Below, piece after piece: positions 42,689-55,988 of a stretch of DNA of 64,000 nt (positions are counted from its first letter, which is position 1; the number at the start of each line of letters is the position of its first letter). The stretch is from an uncultured Gemmatimonadaceae bacterium (GTDB lineage Bacteria > Gemmatimonadota > Gemmatimonadetes > Gemmatimonadales > Gemmatimonadaceae): positions 64,001-128,000 of the forward strand of contig CAWBOC010000006.1 in the NCBI GenBank assembly GCA_963790305.1. Reading direction: 5' to 3'. Both the position numbers and the translations under genes were made by a program. A model generated the notes under the pieces. That model searched no databases. It saw nothing but the letters and a program-made list of their open reading frames with translations, and had not been told where the DNA came from.

Positions 42689-43987
42689 ATGGCCGCCGTC
42701 CAGTTCGTCGTCGAGGGAGAACGTCCCCTCAAGGGCTCGATCCGCCCTTCCGGAAACAAGAACGCCGCACTTCCGATCATTTGTGCGGCACTGATTTCCG
42801 ATCAACCCGTCACCCTTCACAACGTCCCGCGCATCCGCGACGTCGAGACCCTTCTCGATCTCGTGCGCTCGCTCGATGTGAAGGCGGACTGGCGCGGCCC
42901 GAATACCCTGGAGCTCCACGCGAAGACCGTTCGCGCGGCGGCAATCGATCGCGCGCTCTCGGCGAAGATACGCGCGTCGATTCTCCTCGCGGGACCCTTG
43001 CTCGCACGCTGCGGCGAGGTGACTCTGCCGCCGCCCGGGGGCGACGTCATCGGTCGGCGTCGCGTCGATACCCACTTCCTCGCCCTGGAGCAGCTCGGGG
43101 CGACGTACGAGGTGGGCGACTCCTTCCACCTTCGGGCAAAGCAGCTCAAAGGCGCCGACGTGTTTCTCGATGAGCCGAGCGTTACGGCCACTGAGAACGC
43201 CCTCACGGCTGCCGTCGCGGCCACGGGAACGACGGTGCTTCGCAACGCCGCCAGCGAGCCGCACGTCCAGGATCTCGCGCATTTCCTGACGACGCTCGGC
43301 GCCCACATCGAGGGCATTGGGACCAACACGCTGACGATCCACGGTGGACACGCCGTTCGCGGCGGAACGCACACGATTGGCCCCGATCATATCGAGGTCG
43401 GATCGTTCATTGGGCTCGCTGCCGTGACGTGCTCCGAGATCCGGATCGAGAACGCCGGGCTCGAGCACCTGCGATCGATTCGCATGGGCTTCGAGCGGCT
43501 TGGGATCGTGTGCAAGGAAGATGGCCACGACCTCATCGTCCCAAAGGATCAGGACAAGGAGATCCGGAGCGATCTGGGCGGGCACGTGCCCAAGCTCGAG
43601 GATCAGCCCTGGCCTGCGTTCCCTGCCGACGTGATGTCGATCGCGATCGTTACCGCGACGCAGTGCAAGGGACTCATCCTGATGCACGAGAAGATGTTCG
43701 AGTCGCGGCTGTTTTTCGTCGACAAGCTCATCGGGATGGGCGCGAAGATCGTGCTCTGCGACCCGCACCGCGCCCTGGTTGCCGGACCGTCCGCGCTGCG
43801 TGGCTCAACCGTCGAATCCCCCGACATTCGCGCCGGCATGGCGATGCTGCTTGCGGCACTCTGCGCCCGCGGCACGAGCACGATCAACAACGTCGGCCAG
43901 ATCGAGCGCGGGTACGAGCGCATCGACGAGCGGCTCCGCGCGCTCGGCGCGCAGATCACGCGCGTCGAGGAGCGTCGTGGCGGCTGA
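42689..43987 (+). CDS. murA: UDP-N-acetylglucosamine 1-carboxyvinyltransferase (Asp-type active site)
   Basis: [45 protein letters not shown]. Confidence 0.96.
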   Translation: MAAVQFVVEGERPLKGSIRPSGNKNAALPIICAALISDQPVTLHNVPRIRDVETLLDLVRSLDVKADWRGPNTLELHAKTVRAAAIDRALSAKIRASILLAGPLLARCGEVTLPPPGGDVIGRRRVDTHFLALEQLGATYEVGDSFHLRAKQLKGADVFLDEPSVTATENALTAAVAATGTTVLRNAASEPHVQDLAHFLTTLGAHIEGIGTNTLTIHGGHAVRGGTHTIGPDHIEVGSFIGLAAVTCSEIRIENAGLEHLRSIRMGFERLGIVCKEDGHDLIVPKDQDKEIRSDLGGHVPKLEDQPWPAFPADVMSIAIVTATQCKGLILMHEKMFESRLFFVDKLIGMGAKIVLCDPHRALVAGPSALRGSTVESPDIRAGMAMLLAALCARGTSTINNVGQIERGYERIDERLRALGAQITRVEERRGG

Positions 43988-44681
43988 CGGGGTTCGCGAA
44001 GTCGTCGACGACTTCGCTTCGTTTGGCATTCGCGCGTTCACCACGACCCGGGCTGCCGGCACGTACGGCATGAACGGGCCCGAGCCGGTGTCGGAGGTGA
44101 TGCCCCGCTGGTACGCGATCGTCGACGAGCTGCATCCGGTCGCGCCGCGCTTCGCCACGGCTCGTCAGGTTCACGGCGCACGCGTCGTTGTGCATTCCGC
44201 CGACTGGGAAGGGTGGCTGCGCGTCGCTGAGGCCGATGGTCATGCTGCCCCCGCGCGGGGCACCGGCGCGGCGGTGTCGATTGCCGACTGCGTTCCGATC
44301 TTCATCGCGCACCCCTCGGGCGCGACGGCGCTGCTCCACTCGGGATGGCGGGGCACCGCCGCGCGGATTCTCGAGCAGGGCGTCACGTCCCTCGCGCACC
44401 GGGGCTTCGTGGCATCGGAGCTACGTGTTCATCTCGGGCCGGCGATCTGCGGGAAGTGCTATGAAGTGAGCCCCGATGTGTACCGGCTGCTGACTGGAAG
44501 AGAAGTCTCCGTCCCCACGACCGTGGACCTCCGAGCGCGCCTCGCCGAGGCGGCCCGAGATCTTGGCATCCGGCACGTGTCGACCAGCCCCTGGTGCACC
44601 CGTTGCCACAACGACCGATTCTTCTCGCACCGCGCGGGGGACGCGGGGAGGCAGATAGCGGTGATCGCGGCGGAGATCTGA
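43977..44681 (+). CDS. pgeF: YfiH/PgeF (polyphenol oxidase-like) family protein
   Basis: [31 protein letters not shown]. Confidence 0.9.
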   Translation: MAADGVREVVDDFASFGIRAFTTTRAAGTYGMNGPEPVSEVMPRWYAIVDELHPVAPRFATARQVHGARVVVHSADWEGWLRVAEADGHAAPARGTGAAVSIADCVPIFIAHPSGATALLHSGWRGTAARILEQGVTSLAHRGFVASELRVHLGPAICGKCYEVSPDVYRLLTGREVSVPTTVDLRARLAEAARDLGIRHVSTSPWCTRCHNDRFFSHRAGDAGRQIAVIAAEI

Positions 44682-44715
44682 GGCACGTCCGCGTTTCGGT
44701 GCGCAAGGGTACACC

Positions 44716-44812
44716 GCATTCACCACAGAGGCACGGAGGACACAGAGAACGGCAACTGCAAACGTTTTGCAGTTGCCGTTCTCTGTGTCCTCCGTGCCTC
44801 TGTGGTGAATGC
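44716..44812. repeat. Perfect 47-bp-arm palindrome built on 9-nt CACRGAGRR-like units
   Basis: GCATTCACCACAGAGGCACGGAGGACACAGAGAACGGCAACTGCAAA-CGT-exact reverse complement. Confidence 0.97.
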
Positions 44813-44867
44813 AATGAGACTCGTTGCGAGATCACCTACGCCATCGCGATTTGCAGGGGCGCTCAAC

Positions 44868-44896
44868 TTGACTCAATCCGCCGTCCCTCTTACCTT
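44868..44896 (+). promoter_or_regulatory. Sigma70-type promoter of rimP-nusA-infB operon
   Basis: TTGACT-17 nt-TACCTT. Confidence 0.7.
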
Positions 44897-44928
44897 TACC
44901 TCCGTCTCGCCGTGGTCGGGGCGAGTTG

Positions 44929-44960
44929 AATGTGGGGAAGCTCCCCCACATTTTTTGTTT
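44929..44960 (+). promoter_or_regulatory. rimP leader terminator-like hairpin (attenuator)
   Basis: AATGTGGGG-AAGCTC-CCCCACATT followed by TTTTGTTT, between promoter and rimP; position matches the known rimP leader. Confidence 0.8.
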
Positions 44961-44980
44961 CTTGTACCCTGCGATCTTAC

Positions 44981-45439
44981 GTGAACGACGCGCTGGAAGG
45001 GCTTGTCAGGGCGACACTTGACGAAATGCAGCTCGATCTCGTCGAAGTGCGTCGCGGCGGGTCCAGGTCCCGTCCGACGATCGATGTTCGCGTCGACCGC
45101 CGCGACGGACAGGCAGTGACCGTGGATGATTGTGCGCGCGCATCGCGTGCGCTCGAAGCGCGGTTCGACGCCGATGGAACGCTCGGCGAGCGATACGTGC
45201 TCGAGGTGTCGTCGCCCGGTGTCGAACGGCCGCTGCTCAAGCCGGCAGACTGGCAACGTTTTACCGGACGCAAGGCGAAGGTGCTGAGCGACGCGCTGGG
45301 CGGCCGCGCAGAAGTGGAAATCGTTGCGCTCGAAGGGGACACGGGCGCTGAGATCGTAGTCGTGCGCGACGGACGCGGCGCTGAGCGCCGGGTACCGCTC
45401 GCGCAGGTTCGCGAGGCGCGCCTCGCGTTTCATTGGTAG
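44981..45439 (+). CDS. rimP: Ribosome maturation factor RimP
   Basis: VTVDDCARASR, YVLEVSSPGVERPL. Confidence 0.95.
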   Translation: MNDALEGLVRATLDEMQLDLVEVRRGGSRSRPTIDVRVDRRDGQAVTVDDCARASRALEARFDADGTLGERYVLEVSSPGVERPLLKPADWQRFTGRKAKVLSDALGGRAEVEIVALEGDTGAEIVVVRDGRGAERRVPLAQVREARLAFHW

Positions 45440-45454
45440 CACTAGGAGTGGTCG

Positions 45455-46795
45455 ATGGTCAGCTCGTCTGACATCCTGAATGCGATTCGCGAGCTCGCGA
45501 ATACGAAGCAGCTCGACAAGGCCGAGCTGCATGGTCTCTTGTCCGACGGCATCTTCGCGGCCCTCGCGAAGAGCTACGGGCCGACCGTGCAGGCGGAGGT
45601 CGAGATCGATGAGGGCACCGGCGACATCCATATCGTTCGCCTGCGCACCGTCGTCGATGGCGTGACCGACGCCAGTCGCGAGATCTCGCTCGAGGAAGCG
45701 AAGTTCTACGACGAGAGCTTCGAGCCGGGCGACGTCATGGAGGATGAGATCGACTTCGCGCAGTTCGGCCGGAACGCCGTCCAGGCGGCGAAGCAACGCA
45801 TCATCCAGCGCGTTCGCGAGCGCGAGCGCACCCGCATTCGCGACGAATTCGCGACGCGCGTGGGCGACCTGCTCTCCGGTGAAGTGCAGCAGATCGAGCG
45901 CGGCAAGCTGGTCGTCATGCTGAACAAGTTCCGCGAGGCGGAAGCGATCATGCCGTATCGCGAGCAGAACCATCGCGAGCACTTCCATCAGGGCGAGCCC
46001 ATCCGTGCGGTGCTCAAGCGCGTCGAGGAGACGCCCAAGGGCCCACGACTCATCTTAAGTCGCGCCGACGGTCTCTTCGTGAAGGCGCTGTTCAAGCTCG
46101 AGGTGCCCGAGATTCAGCAGGGCATCGTCGACATTCGCGCCGTCGCGCGCGAAGTAGGCAGCCGTACGAAGATCGCCGTGTTCTCGCGCGATGACTCGAT
46201 CGACCCGGTCGGCGCCTGCGTCGGGCTCAAGGGCTCGCGCGTGCAGGCCGTTGTGAACGAGCTCGGGGGCGAGCGTATCGATATCGTCCCGTGGTCCTCG
46301 GATCCGGAGCGCTTCGCCAAGCTGGCGTTGGCGCCCGCGCGCATCGCGCGCGTGTTCAGCGACCCTGCGGCGAAGACGATTCAGGCGGTGGTCGACGAGG
46401 ATCAGCTCTCGCTCGCCATCGGCAAGAACGGGCAGAACGTTCGCCTCGCGTCGGAGCTCACGGCGTGGAAGATCGATCTGTACTCCAGCCGCGAATGGCT
46501 GGAGCGCGGTGGCGAGACGCCCTTGTTCGCCCCGCTTCCGGAAGAGGCCGATACGTCGGCGGACGTCAAGCTCTCGGAGATCCAGGGCCTTGGTCCCGCG
46601 ACGGTCGCGGTGCTCGAAGACGCTGGCTATCGCACGCTGAACGACATCATCGACCTCGAGCGCGAGGATTTCCTTCGACTGCCCGGCATTGCTCCGGAGG
46701 AGGCCGATCGCATCATGGCGATGCTGGACGAGCTCACCGAGGAAGGGAGTGGCGAAGAGAACGCCTCACAGCCTGGCGAGGGCACGACGGTCTGA
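45455..46795 (+). CDS. nusA: Transcription termination factor NusA
   Basis: FGRNAVQAAKQ, DPVGACVG, LAIGKNGQNVRLAS, C-terminal HhH-like region. Confidence 0.98.
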   Translation: MVSSSDILNAIRELANTKQLDKAELHGLLSDGIFAALAKSYGPTVQAEVEIDEGTGDIHIVRLRTVVDGVTDASREISLEEAKFYDESFEPGDVMEDEIDFAQFGRNAVQAAKQRIIQRVRERERTRIRDEFATRVGDLLSGEVQQIERGKLVVMLNKFREAEAIMPYREQNHREHFHQGEPIRAVLKRVEETPKGPRLILSRADGLFVKALFKLEVPEIQQGIVDIRAVAREVGSRTKIAVFSRDDSIDPVGACVGLKGSRVQAVVNELGGERIDIVPWSSDPERFAKLALAPARIARVFSDPAAKTIQAVVDEDQLSLAIGKNGQNVRLASELTAWKIDLYSSREWLERGGETPLFAPLPEEADTSADVKLSEIQGLGPATVAVLEDAGYRTLNDIIDLEREDFLRLPGIAPEEADRIMAMLDELTEEGSGEENASQPGEGTTV

Positions 46796-47136
46796 GTGCG
46801 GGAGGACGTCGCGCAGAGAGTGCTTGGCCTGCTGGGTCTCGGAGTCCGGGGGCGACGCGCCGTCGTCGGGGTCGAGAACGTGCGCGAAGCAGCAAAACGC
46901 GGCAAATTGGTGTTGGCGGTGGTTGCGCCCGATGCGTCGCGACACAGTTTGGCAAAGGTGAAGCCTCTGCTCGAGGCGAAGCGGGTACGTATTATTGAAG
47001 GACCGGGTGCGATACAGCTCGGTGGTGCGGTGGGGCGCGACTCGACGGCGGCGGTAGGCGTAGTCGATCGCGATCTCGCGCGAGGCATTGTCGCGATCGT
47101 GGATGGGGCTCCGTCGAGCCCGACAGGAGGTAGGGT

Positions 47137-47140
<4 letters not shown>
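46796..47140 (+). CDS. L7Ae/L30e family RNA-binding protein (YlxQ-like)
   Basis: LGLLGLG...VVG, APDAS, LGGAVGR; between nusA and infB. Confidence 0.85.
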
Positions 47141-49863
<2,723 letters not shown>

Positions 49864-49868
49864 GCCAC

Positions 49869-50150
49869 ATGATCATCGGCGTCGTGTCCTGGGCGCTCCA
49901 CATCGCGGGCGCCCAGTCGTTGAAGGACAAGCGCGGCGTCATCAAGAGCATGAAGGACCGGATGCACAACGAGTTCAACGTGTCGGTGGCCGAGACGGCG
50001 CACCACGACACCTGGCAGACGGCCGAGCTCACCGCATGCGTCGTCGCGGTCGACCGCGTGCACGCCGAGAAGGTGCTCCGTCAGGTGGACCGATTCGTGG
50101 AGAGTAATCCGCTGTGTCGAATTACCGATTCGCAGACGAGCTTCTTGTGA
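49869..50150 (+). CDS. DUF503 (YlxP) family protein
   Basis: [18 protein letters not shown]; between infB and rbfA. Confidence 0.9.
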   Translation: MIIGVVSWALHIAGAQSLKDKRGVIKSMKDRMHNEFNVSVAETAHHDTWQTAELTACVVAVDRVHAEKVLRQVDRFVESNPLCRITDSQTSFL

Positions 50151-50155
50151 CCGAC

Positions 50156-50257
50156 GTTGTCGAGGTTGTCGAGGTGATCAAGGTGATCGAGGCGACTTCA
50201 CCTTGTTGACCTCGACATCCTCGACACCTCGACGACCTCGACGACCTCGACGACCTC
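50156..50257. repeat. Inverted tandem-repeat element, 9-nt unit GTTGTCGAG / GACCTCGAC
   Basis: Four GTKRTCRAG units, short spacer, then about five ACCTCGACG-like units. Confidence 0.9.
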
Positions 50258-50265
50258 TGAAGTTC

Positions 50266-50646
50266 ATGGCTGACGCCCGCCGCGCCGACCGTGTCGCCGA
50301 AGCCATCCGCGAGGAGGTCGCGACCTTCCTCGCCGATGGCGCCAAGGACCCGCGCATCGTGGGGCTCGTGACCGTCACGGGCGTCGATGTCACGCAGGAT
50401 CTCCGGCACGCCAAGGTGTTCGTCAGCGTGCTGGGCTCCGACGTCGAGAAGAAGTCGACGCTCGAGGGACTGCAGAGTGCGGCGGCTCACCTGCGCTCGC
50501 GGCTTGGGCGGTCGCTGCGCCTGCGCTTCGCCCCCGAGCTCATCTTCCAGTCCGATGCCAGCGTCGCTCGCGCGGCACGCATTGAGACACTCCTCGAGCA
50601 GATTCGCGATGGCCGCGTCCCCGCCGACGAGGAGCCCCTCGACTGA
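50266..50646 (+). CDS. rbfA: Ribosome-binding factor A
   Basis: [36 protein letters not shown]. Confidence 0.96.
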   Translation: MADARRADRVAEAIREEVATFLADGAKDPRIVGLVTVTGVDVTQDLRHAKVFVSVLGSDVEKKSTLEGLQSAAAHLRSRLGRSLRLRFAPELIFQSDASVARAARIETLLEQIRDGRVPADEEPLD

Positions 50647-51490
50647 GGGGCTCCTGCTCGTCGACAAGCCGGCCGGCATGACGTCGCACGATGTCGTTGC
50701 AATCGCCCGCCGCGCGTTAGGCGAGCGACGGATCGGGCACGCGGGCACCCTCGACCCGTTCGCGACCGGACTCCTCGTGCTGCTGACCGGCCGGACGACG
50801 CGACTCCTTCCGTACCTCGACGGCGAGCCGAAGGTATACGAGGCCCGCATCCAGTTCGGCAGCGAAACCGACACCGACGATGCCACGGGCCGCGTCGTTC
50901 GCGAGGCGCCGCCGCCGATCAGGGCGGACGTCGATCGCGCCATCGCCGCGCTCACCGGCGCCATCGATCAGGAGCCGCCCGCCTATTCCGCCAAGCAGGT
51001 GGGCGGGCAGCGCGCCTATGACGCCGCGCGCCGGGGCGTGCCAGTGAAGCTGCCGCCCTCGCGCGTCACCGTGCATTCATGGGAGGTCAAGGCACGCGCG
51101 AACGACACGCTCGACGCCGTCATCACGTGCTCCGGCGGAACCTACGTGCGCGCGCTGGCGCGCGACCTCGGGCGACAGGCGGCGAGTGCCGCGCACCTCG
51201 CGACCCTTCGTCGAACGCGTAGCGGCCCCTTCCGCGTCGGTGATGCGTGCGCGCTCGACGCATTGCGCGACGGACGCTGCGGCGCCTTACCGCCACTCCA
51301 GGCGCTGACCTCGCTCGCTGTCGAGCAGCTCGACGCAGCGAGTGCCGACCGCGCTGCGCGCGGGAACCTGGTCGATGCGACGGTGATCGGCGAGCAGGCG
51401 GCCCTCGTGGGGCCTAACGGCGAGCTGGTGGCGGTCGCGGTCCGTAGCGGAACGAGTTGGCAGCCGCGGACGGTGCTTCGCGATGCGTGA
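50609..51490 (+). CDS. truB: tRNA pseudouridine(55) synthase
   Basis: [39 protein letters not shown]; start uncertain. Confidence 0.95.
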   Translation: MAASPPTRSPSTEGLLLVDKPAGMTSHDVVAIARRALGERRIGHAGTLDPFATGLLVLLTGRTTRLLPYLDGEPKVYEARIQFGSETDTDDATGRVVREAPPPIRADVDRAIAALTGAIDQEPPAYSAKQVGGQRAYDAARRGVPVKLPPSRVTVHSWEVKARANDTLDAVITCSGGTYVRALARDLGRQAASAAHLATLRRTRSGPFRVGDACALDALRDGRCGALPPLQALTSLAVEQLDAASADRAARGNLVDATVIGEQAALVGPNGELVAVAVRSGTSWQPRTVLRDA

Positions 51491-52448
51491 GCGCTTCCAG
51501 GCGTGGGAGGACTCGGGCCTCCCGCCTGATACGCCGGGGACCGTGCTCACCGTCGGCACCTTCGATGGAATCCATCGCGGGCATCTCGACATCCTTCGAA
51601 CGGTTGCGTCGCGCGCCGACGCCTCCGGCATGCGCTCGGTCCTCGTCACCTTCGACCCCCATCCGCTCGAGGTGGTGAACCCGCCCGCCGCGCCCCCGCT
51701 GCTCACGGTCGGGGTCGAGAAAAGCGAGATCGTCGCCGAGAGCGGCGTGGCGTTCCTCGCCGTGCTTCCATTCGATAGGCAGCTCGCCTCGTACAGCGCG
51801 GAGCAGTTCGTCGAGGAAGTGCTTCGACACCGCTTTCTGATGAAGGAGCTCGTCATTGGATACGATCACGGCTTTGGCCGGGGTCGGGAGGGCAACGTCG
51901 ACACGCTCCGCGCCATGGGCGACGCCCGGGGGTTTCAGGTCCACGTGATCGCGCCGGTCTCCGTCTCGGATGGGAGATCGCCGCGGCCGGCGTCGTCCAC
52001 TCTCATCCGGCGCGCCGTCGCGGGAGGGGATCTCGACACCGCCGCCCGCGAGCTCGGCCGGCGGTATTCCGTGAGCGGCACCGTTCGCCCCGGCGACAGT
52101 CGGGGGCGGCTGCTCGGCTTCCCGACGATCAATCTTGGGGCCCCGCACCCAAGGAAGCTTTTGCCGCCCGAAGGGGTATATGCGGTCCTCGTCCAAACTC
52201 CCCGCGGCCCGTTCGGAGGGATGATGAACCTCGGAACACGGCCCACCTTCGGGGACACCACCGTGACGCTGGAGGCGCATCTGTTCGACGCGGATGTCGA
52301 GCTGTACGGAGCGACGGTCAAGCTGGAGTTCGTAGCGCGGCTCCGCGATGTCCGTCGGTTTCCGTCCCCGGACGCCCTGGTCGCACAGCTGCGCACCGAC
52401 GAATCGCATGCACGTCGTGCGTTGACTCTCGTCGCGGCGGGGCATTAA
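51483..52448 (+). CDS. ribF: Bifunctional riboflavin kinase/FAD synthetase
   Basis: GTFDGIHRGH, GRLLGFPTINL, NLGTRPT, LEAHLFD. Confidence 0.96.
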   Translation: MRERFQAWEDSGLPPDTPGTVLTVGTFDGIHRGHLDILRTVASRADASGMRSVLVTFDPHPLEVVNPPAAPPLLTVGVEKSEIVAESGVAFLAVLPFDRQLASYSAEQFVEEVLRHRFLMKELVIGYDHGFGRGREGNVDTLRAMGDARGFQVHVIAPVSVSDGRSPRPASSTLIRRAVAGGDLDTAARELGRRYSVSGTVRPGDSRGRLLGFPTINLGAPHPRKLLPPEGVYAVLVQTPRGPFGGMMNLGTRPTFGDTTVTLEAHLFDADVELYGATVKLEFVARLRDVRRFPSPDALVAQLRTDESHARRALTLVAAGH

Positions 52449-52492
52449 CCTTCATGACTCTCCGCGCTTACATCACCTCTCTCCAGTAGCGC

Positions 52493-54163
52493 ATGAACAT
52501 CAAATCCCGCGTGGCGCTCATCGTCGCGCTGACCTTGGCATCGATCTGGGCGCTCTGGCCGCGCACGATCACCGTCCGGGAGCGCAATCCCCAGACGGGC
52601 GCCGCCGAGTACCGTGAGGTCAAGCGCATCCCGCTGAAGCTCGGTCTCGACCTTCAGGGAGGGATGCATCTCGCCCTCGAAGTCGATGAATCGAAGGGCG
52701 CCGTCGGCGACAAGTCGGATGCGCTGGACCGGGCGCTCAAGGTGGTTCGCAATCGCATCGACCAGTTCGGGGTCGCCGAGCCGGTAGTTCAGCGCGTCGG
52801 CGAGGATCGCATTGTGGTCGAGCTGCCGGGTATCGATGATCCGGAACGTGCGGAAGCGCTCATCAAGACGTCGGCGTTTCTGACCTTCCAGATCGTCGAC
52901 AAGGCGAATTCGCTCGAGCGCGCCCTCCCGCGCATCGACGCCCACCTGAAGGCCCGCAACCTCGACAGGCCGGCGGCACGCGGCGTCTCGGGCGGTGACA
53001 CCGCACGGTCGGGCGGCCTCGCCGACCTCCTCACCCCAAGCAGTGACAGTGGCGCACGCGTCGCTCAGGATTCGGCCACTGCCGATACCGGCCTGCTGTC
53101 CGGCACACGCGACGGCGCGTTCTCGCGCCTGCTGCAGCCGGGCGGGATGCCGGGCGAGTATTTCGTGTCGTTCTCTGACACCGGCCAGGTGGCGCGGTTC
53201 CTCGACATGCCTGAGGTCCAGGCGCTCGTCCCACCCGGACGCGCCATTCGGTGGGGTGCGCTGGACGACAATGCCCGGCGATCTGGATTCCGGCCGCTGT
53301 ACGTGCTCGAGTCGCGCGCGATCATTCGCGGCGATCAGCACCTCAAGGATGCCCGCCCGAACACCGATCCGATCGAAGGCAACCTCGTGTTGTTCGAGCT
53401 CACCAACGAGGGCGGTCGACGGTTCGGCGCGGAGACGGGGAAGCACATTGGGGATAACCTGGCGATCGTGCTCGACGATGTCGTGATGGGCACGCCGCCG
53501 GTCATTCAGGATGTCATTCGCACCCGCGGCCAGATCACGATGCGTGGCAAGCCGCTGCAAGAAGCGCAGGACCTTGCCCTCGTACTGCGTGCCGGCTCGC
53601 TACCCGTTCCGCTCCGCATCATGGACGTGCGGAGCCTGGGTGCAAGCCTGGGTGAGGACGCCATCGAGCAGGGCAAGCGCGCAGGCATCCTCGGCATCGT
53701 GCTCGTCGTGGCGATCATGGTGATCTACTATCGCTTCTCCGGTGTGCTCGCGGTTGCGGGGCTGGTGTTGTATGTGCTGATCACACTGGCCATTCTCGCT
53801 GGATTCGACGCTGCGCTCACGCTTCCCGGCATCGCCGGCTTCGTGCTGTCGATCGGTATGGCGGTCGACGCCAACTTCCTGATTTTCGAGCGAACACGTG
53901 AAGAGCTCGCCCGCGGGAAGACGGTGCGAACCGCCATCAACGAAGGCTTCGATCACGCGCTGAGCGCGATCATCGACACGCACGCCACGACGGCATTGAC
54001 GGCGCTGATTCTCTATCAGATCGGAACCGGTCCAGTGCGCGGCTTCGCGGTGACGCTCATCGCCGGTATTGCGGCGTCGCTGTTCACCGCGGTGTTCGTC
54101 GTGCGCACGCTCTTTCTCATCTGGCTCAACCGCTCGCGCGGCGCCCAAACCCTGAGCATCTGA
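52493..54163 (+). CDS. secD: Protein translocase subunit SecD
   Basis: LGLDLQGG, RIDQFGVAEP, LTLPGIAG, GMAVDAN..IFER. Confidence 0.97.
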   Translation: MNIKSRVALIVALTLASIWALWPRTITVRERNPQTGAAEYREVKRIPLKLGLDLQGGMHLALEVDESKGAVGDKSDALDRALKVVRNRIDQFGVAEPVVQRVGEDRIVVELPGIDDPERAEALIKTSAFLTFQIVDKANSLERALPRIDAHLKARNLDRPAARGVSGGDTARSGGLADLLTPSSDSGARVAQDSATADTGLLSGTRDGAFSRLLQPGGMPGEYFVSFSDTGQVARFLDMPEVQALVPPGRAIRWGALDDNARRSGFRPLYVLESRAIIRGDQHLKDARPNTDPIEGNLVLFELTNEGGRRFGAETGKHIGDNLAIVLDDVVMGTPPVIQDVIRTRGQITMRGKPLQEAQDLALVLRAGSLPVPLRIMDVRSLGASLGEDAIEQGKRAGILGIVLVVAIMVIYYRFSGVLAVAGLVLYVLITLAILAGFDAALTLPGIAGFVLSIGMAVDANFLIFERTREELARGKTVRTAINEGFDHALSAIIDTHATTALTALILYQIGTGPVRGFAVTLIAGIAASLFTAVFVVRTLFLIWLNRSRGAQTLSI

Positions 54164-55164
54164 TGCTGCGCATTCTGCACGATACCAAAGTCGACTTCAT
54201 TCGCCTGTGGCGATGGAGCACCGCGATCACGGCGCTGTTCATCGTGCCGGGACTCATCATGATCGCGATTGCCGGGTTTCGGTACAGTATCGAGTTCACC
54301 GGCGGGACGCTGATGCAGCTCGAGTTCACGACGGCGCCCGATGTCGGTGAGGTGCGCTCGGCGCTCTCCGACGCGGGGATCTCCGGCGCGGAGATCCAGA
54401 CCTTCGGATCGCCGCGTGAGCTCCAGGTGCGTGCGCAGGACGAGCAGCACGTGGAGCAGCAGTCCCTCGGTGCCGAGTCCGTCGCGCAGCGTATCCGTAC
54501 CGCGCTGGATGCGCGGTACGGCGCGAATGCCTACCGCGTGGTGCGAATGGAGGGCGTCGGCCCTCGCGTTGGTGCGGAGCTGCGTCAACAGGCGCTGCTC
54601 GCCATCGTGCTGTCGTTCGCCGCGACGTTGATCTATCTGGCGTGGCGCTTCGAGTGGCGCTTCGGCGTCGCGGCGATCATCGCCACCGTCCACGACATTC
54701 TCGCGACGCTCGCGTTCATGAGGTACATGAACCTCGAGGTCTCACTGTTCGTCGTCGGCGCGGTCCTGACGGTCATCGGCTACTCGCTCAACGATACCGT
54801 GGTGGTGTTCGACCGCGTGCGTGAGAATCTCAAGCTGCAGCGGCGCATGTCGCTCTACGACATTCTCAATCTGTCGGTGAACGAGACGATGCCGCGTACG
54901 GTCATGACCGGCTCCACCACGTTGGCGACGCTGCTCGCGCTGCTCATCTTCGGGGGCGAAGTCATTCGGCCGTTTGCGTGGGTGCTCACGTTCGGTATTC
55001 TCGTCGGTACCTTCAGCTCGATTTTCGTCGCCGGACCCGTGTTGCTCTGGATCGAGCGCAAGTGGCAGCGCCGCGCGGGTGAGAAAGGCGGGGTCTCTCA
55101 TACGCAGCTCGAGCAGTCGGGTGAAAAGAAGCGACGTGACCCGGAGCCTGTGGCCACGCGCTGA
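54163..55164 (+). CDS. secF: Protein translocase subunit SecF
   Basis: IEFTGG, HD, IGYSLNDTVVVFDRVREN. Confidence 0.97.
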   Translation: MLRILHDTKVDFIRLWRWSTAITALFIVPGLIMIAIAGFRYSIEFTGGTLMQLEFTTAPDVGEVRSALSDAGISGAEIQTFGSPRELQVRAQDEQHVEQQSLGAESVAQRIRTALDARYGANAYRVVRMEGVGPRVGAELRQQALLAIVLSFAATLIYLAWRFEWRFGVAAIIATVHDILATLAFMRYMNLEVSLFVVGAVLTVIGYSLNDTVVVFDRVRENLKLQRRMSLYDILNLSVNETMPRTVMTGSTTLATLLALLIFGGEVIRPFAWVLTFGILVGTFSSIFVAGPVLLWIERKWQRRAGEKGGVSHTQLEQSGEKKRRDPEPVATR

Positions 55165-55215
55165 CGCGCCACACCCCCGCCGCCGAAAGGCGGCGGGCGT
55201 GCATCGGAGAGCCGC

Positions 55216-55986
55216 ATGATCGACAGTCACGCGCACCTGGCGGACACGGCCTTCGGGGACGAACGCGACGACGTGCTGCGTCGCGCCCGCGCGGCCGGCG
55301 TGGACGGCATTGTCTGCATCGGGGAGTCGCTCGCCGCGGCGGCTCGCGCGCGAGCGATTGCCGAGTCCAATTCGGGCGTGGTCTGGTGGACCGCGGGCGT
55401 ACATCCACATGATGCGGCGTCCTTCGACGCGCCGCGCGATCTTGCCGCGATTCGCGAGCACGTGAGTGCCGGAGCGGTGGCCGTCGGCGAATGCGGCCTC
55501 GACTACCACTATGACCATTCGCCCCGCGCCCAACAGCGTGCCGCGTTCTCCGAGCAAATCGCGCTCGCCCGCGAGCTTGGCTGTGCCGCGGTCGTGCACA
55601 CGCGCGACGCGGAGGATGACACGCGAGCGATCGTGTCGGATGCCGGTCGTCAGGGCGTGCGTGGCGTGATGCACTGCTTTACCGGCTCTCGCGATCTCGC
55701 TCGGACGGCACTCGATGCCGGCTGGTTCATCTCGTTCGCCGGAATTATCACGTTCAAGCGGTGGACCGATGACGACGTGCTGCGTCTCGTTCCTGACGAC
55801 CGGCTGCTCGTCGAGACCGACGCGCCTTACCTCGCCCCGGTGCCGCATCGCGGGAAGCGCAATGAGCCGGCGTACCTGCCGCTGACGATCGCGCGCCTCG
55901 CCGCCGCACGTGGGTCCATGCCGGAGCGTATCGCGGAGCTGACTGCCGCTAATGCGCGTAGCCTGTTCGGTCTGGCGGGCGAATAG
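55216..55986 (+). CDS. tatD: TatD family hydrolase
   Basis: DSHAH, GVHPH, GECGLDY, HCF, ETDAPYL. Confidence 0.93.
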   Translation: MIDSHAHLADTAFGDERDDVLRRARAAGVDGIVCIGESLAAAARARAIAESNSGVVWWTAGVHPHDAASFDAPRDLAAIREHVSAGAVAVGECGLDYHYDHSPRAQQRAAFSEQIALARELGCAAVVHTRDAEDDTRAIVSDAGRQGVRGVMHCFTGSRDLARTALDAGWFISFAGIITFKRWTDDDVLRLVPDDRLLVETDAPYLAPVPHRGKRNEPAYLPLTIARLAAARGSMPERIAELTAANARSLFGLAGE

Positions 55987-55988
55987 CG

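Noticed and set aside
50156..50257. Repeat arrays as CRISPR
   Set aside because: Units are 7-9 nt in tandem with no unique spacers and no cas genes
55176..55197. CCCGCCGCC-GAAA-GGCGGCGGG hairpin after secF as a terminator
   Set aside because: Real hairpin but no U tract on either strand; function cannot be assigned
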